DNA from: Octopus sinensis | Lineage: Eukaryota | Direction of reading: 5' to 3' | DNA: 64,000 bases | NCBI RefSeq assembly: GCF_006345805.1 | Contig: NC_042998.1 | Coordinates: forward strand, 45,942,001 to 46,006,000 | Shown: in pieces, positions 49,365-60,550 of the stretch | Position numbering within the stretch: the stretch's first letter is position 1 | How the letters are laid out: the number at the start of each line of letters is the position of its first letter | Position numbers and translations under genes: made by a program | Notes under the pieces: generated by a model | The model's database searches: none | Seen by the model: the letters and a program-made list of their open reading frames with translations, nothing else | Told to the model about the DNA's origin: nothing

Positions 49365-50644
49365 TTAAAAGCAGTTAAAGACCAGATGATGATGTTAAAC
49401 TGGGCAGCATGCCACCCTTTATGGGTCTCACATCTGATGGCATAGACATTTAACCAGAGTTAGAATTTAGATTTAGATGCATATAAAAGAATATTTAAAG
49501 TATGATGTAGCATACATGATATAGTGAGCCAAAAGAAATTTTAACCTGCTGGAACTTGAGCCATAATGAGAAGAAAAGTCAATAATTTTAATGACAATTC
49601 ATGTCAAAGAAAGCAAGGGAAAGAACTTCTGAATATTAAAAAATTGATTGAAAATGAAGTGGAGACATGCAATGAGGAGTATAGTTTAACCAGTGCCATA
49701 TTTAACTACAGGATTTTAAAACTGAAATAAAGAGCCTCAAAATCTAGGGGTCCTCCATATTTTTGACACTGCCTTAAGCCTGTTGAAAAGAGCCCCTCTC
49801 TTGAGCCTCTCTTCTTCTAAATCTGGAATGGGGTCTAACACATCTATTTGATCTTAGAATGTAGTTTTTTAGTGGAAATTATTCACTGATTAGACAACTT
49901 AAAATAATAAAAATTTCACAGGGATACCTTCTACATGAAGAACATGTAGTTAAATGTGGATTGACATACTTGATGGTATAAACCTAAGAATTTTTAATCA
50001 GTTGAAATTACACCCCTAATCATTAATCATTGGCCACATGTTGCTAATGTAATGCTAGCTTGATAAAAATCAACAGTATAATCAAATACACATCTATAAC
50101 TGAATGTCAATATTTTTAGATGAACCTTGTACCTCCATGCAAATATTTCATGATATCTATTTCAATTTTGTGTTTTCCACAATTTATATGGGTATTGATG
50201 GTTTTTGATTTTAAGAAATATGAACTCAGCCAAGCTGAAATCCTGTTTATGCCCATAAGATGTCATTGTTGTTTAACCTTGACCATGCAGACTTATCAAA
50301 AAATTACAGTTGTAAACATTGTCTTTTTAGAAGAATCTAAGGGCTACACCACCTAATATGCTATTTTTTAAAAAGAGACTTAGCTACTATTTCTAGCAGG
50401 TCAAATGACTACATACAAACTGACTTGGCCCATATGAGTTGTTGTTATTGAGCTCCAGGTTTCATTCTACCTGAGACCTGCCCTATGAACAGACATCTCT
50501 TTTGGCATCATGTATTTTTGTCTCTTTCACCGGCCTTTCAGTTCTTTTTCTATTCTTTGATAAAGGATATCCACTCAAAACCTCACACTCTCATGTCTTT
50601 TCCTTTGGTATATTAAGCATCATTGTAAACTTTTTTGTCTGTAT

Positions 50645-50938
50645 CATCCGAACGTGGCCGATGCTAGCGCCGCCATGACTGGGTTCCGTGCCGGTGGCAC
50701 GCAAAAAGCACCAACTGATTGTGGACATTGCCAGCCTCCCCTGGCACCTGTGCCGGTGGCACGTAAAAAGCACCCACTACACTCACGGAGTGGTTGGCAT
50801 TAGGAAGGGCATCCAGCTGTAGAAACACTGCCAGATCAGACTGGAGCCTGGTGCGGCCTCCTGGTTTCCCAGACTCTGGTCAAACTGTCCAACCCATGCT
50901 AGCATGGAAAACCGACATCAAGCGATGATGATGATGAT
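50645..50938 (+). mobile_element. SINE family 1
   Basis: Colinear with 2852-3146, same subrepeats and (GAT)n tail. Confidence 0.88.
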
Positions 50939-50943
50939 TTTTT

Positions 50944-51213
50944 ACAGAATTATTTTTCTCTTCAGAATGCTGCAGGTAATACCAGTCTACATTGTTTACC
51001 AGTAGCGGTACTAACACATAGTGACCTGACTAAAATCTCTCACATGGACTTATTATTATTATTATTATTATTATTATTTTTTCTTCCACACAGAATTAAT
51101 TTTCTTTTCAGAATGCTGCAGGTAGTACCAGTCTACATTGTTTACCAGTAGTGGTACTAACACAGACCAACCTAACTAAAAACTTTCACAGGCACTTATT
51201 ATTATTATTGTTA
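50944..51213. repeat. Tandem duplication, period 146 bp, each unit ending in (TTA)n
   Basis: acagaatt...ttcagaatgctgcaggta.taccagtctacattgtttaccagtag at 50944 and 51090. Confidence 0.92.
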
Positions 51214-51214
51214 T

Positions 51215-51425
51215 TTTTCACTGTGTGTAGTTCAGTTCTGTGTTAGAGTTCCAGTTTTATCAGGCATTTTTTCCTTCAGAATCTTTTTTCAATAGAATTT
51301 ATATATTTTTCACTGTGTGTATATTATCTTTCACTGTGTTTAGTTCAAATCCTACTTCAGGATTTTTAATACTTTTCACTGTGTGTTCAAATCCTTCTTC
51401 AAATTTTTCACTGTGTGTAGTTGTT
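51215..51425. repeat. Irregular minisatellite, five copies of tttcactgtgt
   Basis: Copies near 51216, 51308, 51329, 51374 and 51406. Confidence 0.8.
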
Positions 51426-51840
51426 GTGTCTTCTTACACGATTCGTCTGTGATGTGTCTTATCTGCCTCTGCATGTAGTTCAACTCCTCGTCGCCACAGA
51501 TATAATGACACCATTATATAGTGAGAGGTATCCTCATTACTAGTGATATAACAAAACCGTTATACAGTGGTGTCACTGATATGTCCTGCATTATGGTGAC
51601 ACATTTTGTTGTCTGCATGATTGGCCCAAACAGCATACCTCACTGACTGACACTGCCTGCTGTGTCTGTCCACTATTTATCAGTAGTGGAATAGCCCACT
51701 TTCCACTTGGGGGTGTCCGCTGCAACACATACATACATACACACATACATACATCCACATATGTACATACATGCATACATACATACATACATACATTTAT
51801 ACATACATACATACATACGTATGTACATGCATACATACAT

Positions 51841-51995
51841 ATGATGGGCTTCTTTCAATTTTTGTCTACCAGATCTGATCATATGGGTTTGGTTGGCCCA
51901 CCTGAAGCTATAATAGAAGACACTTTCCCAAGTGCCATACTATGAGTTTGAACTTGAAATGATATGTTTGAGGACTGAACTTCTTAGCCATGCAG
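51841..51995 (-). mobile_element. SINE family 2, degenerate, flanked by (CATA)n and (TATG)n/(TA)n microsatellites
   Basis: atgggcttctttca...atagaagacactt.ccca motifs. Confidence 0.7.
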
Positions 51996-52096
51996 CTATA
52001 CCTGAGCCTATAATGTGTTTGTGTATGTATGTATATATGTATGTATTGTATGTATGTATGTATGTATGTATGGATTGTAAGTATGTATGCATGCAC

Positions 52097-52151
<55 letters not shown>

Positions 52152-52714
52152 TATATATATTTATATGTATGCATATATAATAAACTACATTTGTTTTCAG
52201 ACAGAAAAAGTAGACTTCTACAACTTTTTAGCAAGATACAAGATAAATGACTGAACTGGTTTAGACATATCATAAGAATGGATAAGGTAACTGAATGCTA
52301 TAAGAAGATGGTTGTTGATGCCAAAACAGAAGCAGAATAAGAAAGGCTTTGAAAATAATCTCTTTTCTATCAATGAAATGGTGGTTCCTCAAATTACTCT
52401 GCATTGTATTGTAGATGCTATCTATGACGCGAACAATGACAGCACCAAGAAAATTAATTAAGTTGCCTCTATAACAGAACTTATCTGCTGCTTTCAGTGA
52501 ATTATCAAAGAAGTTGGTTGATTTATTAGCAAATGTGTTTTAAATGTGTAAATTAATTCTAGATAATAAGGAGTATCTAATATCCCATACTGTTAATCTG
52601 CTATAAATGGTAGCCAAATCTACCTCATATCACACCATGTTGTCTTAAGGCAAAAAAACGGATATGTTAAATAATGCTCTTTTAGATATAGGCACTGGTC
52701 TGGCTATAGGTGCA

Positions 52715-52872
52715 GGCATGGCTTTCTTGTAAGAAGCTTGTTTCCCAACTATGTGGTCTTTGGTTCAGTCCCACTGTGTGGCACCATGGACAAATGTTTT
52801 CTGCTATAGCTCCATGTCAACCATAGCCTTGTTAGTGTATTTTGGAGATGGAAATTGAAAGAAACCTGTCGT
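52715..52872 (+). mobile_element. SINE family 2
   Basis: ggcatggct...gtaagaagcttg...ggttcagtcccactg...gaaattgaaagaaacc. Confidence 0.75.
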
Positions 52873-52901
52873 ATATTATACACACACACACACACATATA
52901 T

Positions 52902-53130
52902 ATCATCGTCATCATTTGAGGGCTGTTGTCCATGCTGGCATTGGGCGGACGGTTTGACCAGGGCTGGTAAGCTGGGAGGCTGCACCAGATGCCAGTCTGA
53001 TTTAGCATGGGTTTTCTATGGTTGGATGCTCTTCTCGATGCCAACTACTCTGAGAGTGCAATGGGTGCTTTTATGTGCCACCGGCATGGGTGCTATTTGC
53101 GTGACACTGGCATCTGCCATGACTGTGATT
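52902..53130 (-). mobile_element. SINE family 1, older copy
   Basis: ccatgctggc...ggctgcacca...ggatgctcttc...tgggtgcttttatgtgccaccggca. Confidence 0.75.
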
Positions 53131-53675
53131 TTGCTCAGTTTGATGAGTCTTCTTCTCAAGTATGACATAATGCCAAAAGTATGAGGCCCAACACTCGAAA
53201 GGAACTCAGCCACTTTGCCTCTGGTGTGTGTGTGTGTTTTTGCTTGTCTTTGTCCACCATCACTGCTTGTTTACATCTCCATAACTTACCAGTTTGGCAA
53301 GAAGATACAATAGGGTAAGTACCAAGCTTAAAAAAATAAATATTGAGGTTTCACTAAACCCTTCAAAACAGTGCCCCAGCATGGCCGCAGTCCAAAAGAC
53401 TGAAACAAGTAAAAAAAATATAAGATACCATGTCTGAATAATGAGGGGATGGTTATGGCTGGAAGGGCTCTGATCATACGACTACTATGTGGTTAAACAA
53501 CAGCAACAATAATTGTTTTCAAAAGGGTTTCAATGAAAAACAATTGGCTGTTGTTGTTGTTGTTTAAATCCAGTTCATATTTGAATCAAGAGACCTATGA
53601 TCAAAGTCATTTCAGGTGAGACTGTTTCTTCTCTTTTCAGAGAGTGTATTTGGTATCACAATATAACCATAAATG

Positions 53676-53945
53676 AAGGTGCATGGCTCAGTGGTTAGAG
53701 TGTTGGGCCACAATCATAAGGAGGTGAGTTAGATACCCTTTTCCATGGCAACAAAGTTATCCAAGTGAAAGGCAAAGGCCAATATGTTTTGGCACCAGTA
53801 CATTGTAACTGATCTCTACAGCTGAGTGAACTGGGGCAATGTGAAACAAAGGGTCTTGCTCAAGAACACAACACAGCCCGGTCCTGGAATCGAACTCACT
53901 ACTTCATGATTGCGAGCCCAGTACTCTAACCACTGAGCTATGATG
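53676..53945. mobile_element. Two inverted tRNA-headed SINE pieces (family 6)
   Basis: catggctcagtggttagagtgttgggc (+, 53682) versus gcccagtactctaaccactgagctatg (-, ending 53942); B box GAGTTCGATTCC on the minus-strand copy. Confidence 0.75.
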
Positions 53946-54416
53946 TATATACACTTGCATGTATGTATGAAAGTATGATAAGCTCTGAAGAGCAAGAATC
54001 AATCATGATAGGAATAGCAGAAAAGATAGAAAAGGAAGAAGTCAACCGAACAAGCGGCTGTAATATGTTAGTGATTGAAGACTTCTTAATAAACTGGACA
54101 GCTTTTGTTGTGCAGTCTATAATATTTGTATGTAAAGAGCTGCATAGTTACAAAGTGGAAGCTTTAAAAAATATGTATGTATGCTGAATTGAAGAAGTCT
54201 TGTCACTTTAGCTCCTAAATACACAAATAAACAAAATTTAATTAAAATGACTACTTTCAGACACAAGTATACTTGACAAGTACATTAGAAGTTACAAGTT
54301 AATTATATACATTACTGTTCAGATAAGAAAAAAAAATATTTAATTAAACTCGACTTAATTAGAGAAAGCCTATATTACATCAGACTTAAATGCAAAGAAG
54401 CCATACACCTCAATAG

Positions 54417-54615
54417 AAGTAGCAGCAGCAGCAATAGTAACAGTAGTAGTAGTAGTAGTAGTAGCAGAAGCAGTAGCGGCAGCAGCTATAGTAACAATGA
54501 TAGTAGATGTAGTAGTAGCTGCAGCAGTAGCAGCAACATGAGTAGTAGTAGTAGTAGTAGCAGTAGCGGCAGCAGCTATAGTAACAATGATAGTTGATGT
54601 AGTAGTAGCAGCAAC

Positions 54616-54647
<32 letters not shown>

Positions 54648-54762
54648 CCGCAGCAGTAGTAGCTGCAGCAGCAGCTATAGTAACAATAAAAGTAGATGTA
54701 GTTGTAGCAGCAACATGAGTAGTAGTAGTAGTAGTAGCAGCAGCAGCAGTAGTAGTAGTAGT

Positions 54763-54792
<30 letters not shown>
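54417..54792. repeat. (TAG)/(CAG) trinucleotide array with ~90-100 bp higher-order repeat
   Basis: gcagcagctatagtaacaat...gatgtagt...gcagcaacatgagtagtag recurs three times. Confidence 0.93.
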
Positions 54793-54793
<1 letters not shown>

Positions 54794-54844
54794 TTGTCCC
54801 TCAGTCATTCCATACTTCTATAAATTGTAGTCTCTAGCTATCTA

Positions 54845-55070
54845 TGGAACCTCACCTGCTTGTCCTAATGAAAATCTTTGTGGTGGCTGAACTTGTTAGG
54901 AATAAAAATGAAATCACCTCTATGTCAAACCATGCCATCTTAGAAAGGAAAAGGATGTACTGGGTTGTGTCTTCCTAGATGCACTGTGCCTGAAAAGTAA
55001 ATGGGATGGTCATCACTGGAATGCTTTTGATCATGTCTGCTCAATCAGGGCTGACCTAGGGTGAAAACAA
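54845..55070 (+). mobile_element. SINE-like repeat family 5
   Basis: Homologous to 14610-14815. Confidence 0.7.
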
Positions 55071-55081
55071 CAGCAACAATA

Positions 55082-55485
55082 GGAGGTGCAATGGCCCAGT
55101 GGTTAGGGCAGCAGAGTCACAGTTGGAGGATCGCGGTTTTGATTCCCAGACCAGGCGTTGTGTGTGTTTATTGAGTGAAAACACCTAAAGCTCCACGAGG
55201 CTCCAGCAGGGGCGGGGTGACCCCTGTTGTACTCTTTCACTCCAACTTTCTCTCACTCTTTCTTCCTGTTTCTTATCCCCGACTTCCTACGCAACCGCTG
55301 AGCCTGGATGCACATTCATCCATCCATCGATGCTCTCGGTGTCGGGGGTTGACCTACTTTCTCTTCTGCGGGTCTTACGAATAGCAAAGGACCAAGTTTC
55401 GAACTTCTCCCACTACAGACAATCCTGAGGCGCGATCTTGCGAGCTCTGGGACGAAGACCACTTCACTCAACAAACAAACAAACA
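55082..55485 (+). mobile_element. Full-length tRNA-derived SINE family 4 with (CAAA)n tail
   Basis: A box TGGCCCAGTGG, B-box-like GGTTTTGATTCCC, simple-repeat tail, TSD-like AACAGCAACAA at 55069-55079 and 55486-55496. Confidence 0.85.
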
Positions 55486-55535
55486 AACAGCAACAACAAC
55501 TTTGCTGACTTTTAATTTTGTTGAAGATTTGTTAA

Positions 55536-55755
55536 CCCTTTCGTTACTGTATTTATTTTGAGATGTTCTGTGTTTCTTTCAATTATTTTAAATATAACAA
55601 AGAATTTAGTAAAATAACTTTGTTATCATTAAACTATTGTTAGGAACATAAATTGTGACTAAGGTTTGGTGGAAGATTTTAATTCAAAACTTATGAAAAC
55701 AAAACATTTGTACTCAGAGCCAGAGCTAGTATCAGCTGGGTTGGTAACAAAAGGG
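55536..55755. mobile_element. piggyBac-type MITE family A, copy 2 (220 bp)
   Basis: TTAA-CCCTTTCGTTAC...GTAACAAAAGGG-TTAA; colinear with 11232-11451. Confidence 0.92.
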
Positions 55756-55949
55756 TTAATGCAAAATTTCATGCTGGCTCTTTGTTCCAGCTTTTTGTCT
55801 ATGCATGGACAAAATCGCAGACTACAGCATACATGTGATCACAAAAACACAAATTTCACAACATGAGAATTAAACACAGCAATGTCAATCAGCACACTGC
55901 TTCATGAGGGTCACTGCTAGCTTTCACTGTGCATGCAACAATGTGCTGT

Positions 55950-56004
55950 CATCTGATGTTGTCCGACAGACCTGGTCCGGGAACTTTTTGATACCACCTC
56001 GTAT
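55950..56004. mobile_element. Single mariner-like terminal repeat
   Basis: Minus strand reads TA-CGAGGTGGTATCAAAAAGTTCCCGGAC, a mariner-type TIR form; partner end not found. Confidence 0.5.
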
Positions 56005-56255
56005 ATAAATATATTAGTGTGTGTGTGTATGTGTGTTTGTGTACATTCGTGTCTTGGCATCATGTGATGGTTAGAAAAATGAGCATCATTATCATACCAG
56101 AATTTTTGCTTCTAGTCCTTCCAGGAAAAACCTGTCAAGCCATGGGGAAATATTATCTTGGTAGGAAATAGATGAGGGTTGATGACAGGAAGGATATCTG
56201 GCTGTAGAACATCTGTTTCAACAAATATATACTTATATATAATTTATAAACATAT

Positions 56256-56472
56256 TGATTTCAAATTTTGGCACAAGGCCAGCAATTTTGGAGGAAGGAG
56301 CTAAATCGATTACATTGGCTCCAATGCTCAACTGGTACTTATCTTATTGACCCTGAAAGGATGGAAGGCAAAGTCAACCTTCATAGCATTTGAATTCAGA
56401 ACATAAAGACAGCTGATATGCTATAAAGCATTTTGTTCGGCATGCTAACAATTCTGTCAGTTTACTGCCTTA
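56256..56472 (-). mobile_element. SINE family 3 relative, degenerate
   Basis: ggtactt...gaccctgaaaggatg.aaggcaaagtc...tttgaa.tcagaa motifs shared with 46016-46249. Confidence 0.7.
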
Positions 56473-57487
56473 TTATTTACAAGAATATTGGTATGTGTAT
56501 TGTTCTTTTGGTACCTCTTTCTTTTTAACTCTTGAACATCAGAAGCCTTCTGAGCATTGAATTGAAACTTACCTGATCTGAACCCTCAATATTTGGATTT
56601 CACTGTAGCAGAAGTGATTTACACTGTCATTATGTGAGATGTTTTCATTTTGACTCGTCTAGGCTTAAATAGCCGTAAAACAACTCCACAAGCTCTTTTC
56701 GTTTCAGCAGTCACATGACCTCGTGATTAAACAAACCTTTGTTTGTATTGGTCGGCTTCCAGCTGTCCAATCGCACTGGTGCAACAGTTTATTTTTCCTT
56801 ACGCAGGAAATTAATCACCAGCTCTGGGAGCCTCTTATTCCCTATATGAATGGCAGTTCTCAACTGTCCTAGGTCTTTGGCACTTGCCACTGACCACACA
56901 TGCATCTTGTCTCCAGCAATGTCCTGACACCAGCCGGTTTCTGCTCTCATCATCTCCATCAGATGCCCGTCTACATCATTGCTGTATGAAAACCACATGA
57001 CCAACAGACCAATCACCTGCCTCTACACCACCAGCAGTATGTCAGCTATGTCTACAATGTCAACAGTCCAGCCTAACCACAGAGTTCTCACACGTCCTTG
57101 TTGTAACCTATTGTGTTATGTTAATTCATGTATGGCAGTCATTGTATTTTATAATGGAGAATAAAATGTCGCTTACCAGTTCATTTAATCTCAAGTTATA
57201 TTTCCATTTCAACATTTTCTTTATTAACCACCTTCGTTATATCACCATCTTGTAATGTTATCTTCTTCTTACTGGATGAAGAAGAGGAAGATAAAAATGA
57301 AACCTCAATAAACACACATCAAAACATGAAGCTCTTCTCTGAATGTAGTGACAAATTGAATGTCAAACGATAGTTATTTATCAATAAATCAAATGTTATT
57401 TATAGTATGTCTGAGTACTACAACATTCTTTGCCCGACAAATGTGAAATAATATTTTTAGTATTTTTTTTTTAATCTATTTATTTAA

Positions 57488-57707
57488 CCCTTTCGTTACC
57501 AACCCGGCTGAAACCAGCTCTGGCTCTGAGTACAAATGTCTTGTTTTCATAAGTTTTGAATTAAAATCTTCCATCAAACTTTAGTCACAATTTATGTTCT
57601 TAACACTAGCTGAATGATAACTAAGTTATTTTACTAAATTCTTTATTATATTCAAAATAATTGAAAGAAACACAGAGCATCTCAAAATAAATACGGTAAT
57701 GAAAGGG
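57488..57707. mobile_element. piggyBac-type MITE family A, copy 3 (220 bp, inverted)
   Basis: TTAA-CCCTTTCGTTAC...GTAATGAAAGGG-TTAA; reverse complement of 55536-55755. Confidence 0.92.
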
Positions 57708-59149
57708 TTAAAGGACTTGATCTCATACCAACACCTTCATATCTTCTGCTTTAGGAGAGTCTGAAAGTGAGAGGGTCAGTAGTTTCTCATCCTTAAAATG
57801 ATTAATTAAAACAAAGAACAAGTAAAACGGTTATCAATTTCTAGTCTAATCAGTGAGTCTCATAAAAGGTTGTTTTCTCATTGAATGAATGTTTAATTGA
57901 CTAAGTAAATAAATTAGGAAATTACAGAACACGCCTGAAGACTGTGTCTGGAGGCATTAATGTGAAAATACAATCCAACACTTATGAGAAAGCCAATACT
58001 TTATCTCAGACACTTATGAGTCATCTTGCAACACCGATTTTTATGACTACCGGTTTATTATTCTGTCAATTAAACTAGATAATAGATAATAGCTAAACAT
58101 TGATTATCAGAATATTCATCAGATTTCCAGCTAGTTAGTCCAGTGTTGACCGTTAGATTCTCAGCCAGACTCACAACCCATTAAACTAAATGCCAGGAAG
58201 TCCAATACTTACAACAAACAGTGCTGATTAAATGTACAGAATTTTAGATTTGTCTAGTTCTGATTTCTGAATCCTGATTAGATACATTACCATCAACCAA
58301 ATATCAAAAGTCAAAAACTGAAACATTTACTATGAATTTTATTTATTTATTCATTCTCCCATTTTCCCTTCTAAAACATAATGATTCATTCATATTCTTT
58401 TTGAACTTCCATGAGCAATCTTATTTTCAGTTATGCATTTAATTTTTCTATGACCTTTAAACTCTCACTGGATATTCTGTTTTGCTTATAGTTTTTTGCT
58501 TAAATTTCCTACAATTTAGCTTTGCCAATTATATTTAAAATTAGAAATAATTAGCCAAAATGAATTACAGTAGAATGTAAAAGAAATTATTGGTTTCTTA
58601 AATCATCTTGGGAAACGACTGTATGGAATTTAATAACTTTTGAAAATGCACAATTAGATTTCTTCCTTATATTTTTGTTTTTCTTTTCAAGAATATTTAC
58701 TCAGTAATTAAGAACAAATTCTGCTTTGGATAAGTTAATGAGACATTTTAAACTGCCAGTTTTGACAGAAAAAAACTCTACTTGAAACACCATTAAAATG
58801 TAAAGTGTATTTTAAAAGCAAGAAAATATATCAGATTCACTTAACATGATTTTTGTATTTATTTATTTTTCAACTATCTTCGTAGACATTGAAATTCTAT
58901 TGTTACCTCAGAAACTGTTCAAGATTTGAAAGACTGAATATCTGAACTATGAACTTTTGATCCAATACCTGAATTTCTGACATCACTTTACCATGAAAAA
59001 TTATATTACATGAAGGATGTACTGAAATTAATGCAAAAGTGGACATGACTTTTTATTAACTGGCATAAGTTGATAAAATTGCATATGTTGGTAAAACAAC
59101 TGTGCCTCTGTAGTAATTTTTTGTCCTTTTCTTTATCACAAGTATGTAG

Positions 59150-59790
59150 GTTCCAAGCAGGAGTAACATGTCATCATCAAGAAGTGGTGCAAGCTGTCTG
59201 TCGTTCATAGAAGACTAAAGATTATTCATGAAGAAGTCACCACTGACGAGAACAATACTGTATGCACAAGTAAATGAAGAAGTTTATAGAAGGAGAAACT
59301 AGCATTAAGGACAAACCAAGCAGTGAGAGGTCCAGAATAGTAACCATTGACACAAATTGCTAGCAAGTAGATGAACTGATCTGTACAGGCAGATGAGCCA
59401 CAAGCTGTAAACTTACTGCATAATTGGATTGTTGTCACAATGCATTACAGAAAGTAAAGAAAAACTTTGAGTATCGGAAAGTATGTGAAAAGGGGGTACT
59501 TTGGCCATTGACACCAGATCTGGTGGAAGTCTGCTCTGATCTTCTAGAAGTATTTAAAGATAATGAAGATACATTTTTCCTTCTGATCTGGTGACATGGA
59601 GTGAAAAGAGTGTGAAAACAACTCACAAGACCACACACAACTTTGGTAAAAAATCAAGCAATTTCTGAATTGGGCTGCTCAGTGGTTCCTCATCCACCAT
59701 AGAGCACTGGTTCAATGCCCTTCAACTGCCCTTGGTTTGGTTCAATGAAGGAATCATGAGGGAGAATGATTTGATGACAAAGATAAAACT
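59150..59790 (+). mobile_element. Decayed mariner transposase remnant
   Basis: Fragments in the expected order: KDKPSSER (cf. DxxRSGRP), LEYRKVC...PLTP (cf. KVCARWVPxxLT), PHPP*S (cf. PHPPYSPDL); multiple stops and frameshifts. Confidence 0.65.
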
Positions 59791-59841
59791 TGCCTTTAGT
59801 TATGGAGAGAAAGCTACTATGAAAGGCTCATAGTATAATAC

Positions 59842-60057
59842 TAATTGTATAATAATATATCATAATAATATTTTATTCTCCCATTTGAAGTAACAATTTA
59901 TAAATACAAACAAATGATTGAAAAATGCTAGCGTTGATTTGTGGGTTCGATTCTGGCTGGTGTTAGCTCGTCATTTTTCAGTCATTTGTTTGTATTTATA
60001 AATTGTCACTTCAAATCAGAAAATAAAATATTATTATGATATATTATTATACAGTTA
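59842..60057. repeat. Near-perfect long inverted repeat (86-bp arms, 44-nt spacer), probable foldback MITE
   Basis: 59842-59927 versus 59972-60057: 6 mismatches and no gaps by manual alignment. Confidence 0.92.
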
Positions 60058-60341
60058 TATATATATATATATATATAACCCCAGAGAATTCCTCTCAACA
60101 CATGGCCATGATGCTCCCCTACTACTTCTGCTCAAGATCAGAGATGCACATATCATCATCCACTAAGGCACATGATCAACTGGTTAAGGTCAAGCAGCCG
60201 ACAAGCAAATTTGTGCATCGAGCAGAATATTTGTTGTTAGTCCATCTTTTATACCAAGACAAAACAATGTACATTTTAACACTTCCAATCAGTTAAGATC
60301 AGAAGCCATGAGAGCCACTGCCTGGTACTGCATCAGGGCAT

Positions 60342-60342
60342 T

Positions 60343-60395
<53 letters not shown>

Positions 60396-60413
60396 TTGTT
60401 ATTGTTGTTGTTG

Positions 60414-60482
<69 letters not shown>

Positions 60483-60550
60483 TAGCAAGCTAGTAGAATC
60501 ATTTATTATTATTATCATCATTATTATTATTGTTATTGTTGTTTTTGTTA
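60342..60550. repeat. (TAC)n(TTG)n(TTA)n microsatellite, probable tail of the preceding repeat (60076-60341)
   Basis: Directly visible. Confidence 0.9.

Noticed and set aside
54410-54837. Tyr/Cys-rich keratin-associated-like ORF and poly-Ser ORF
   Set aside because: Direct translations of the TAG/CAG array; no signal peptide, splice or promoter support.
55082-55155. tRNA gene
   Set aside because: A/B boxes are present but there is no good acceptor stem or terminator; it continues into a SINE body with tail and TSD.
60299-60502. Poly-Asn/Ser and poly-Thr/Ile ORFs (and similar YI/CV/HT ORFs at 37-52 kb)
   Set aside because: Microsatellite translations.
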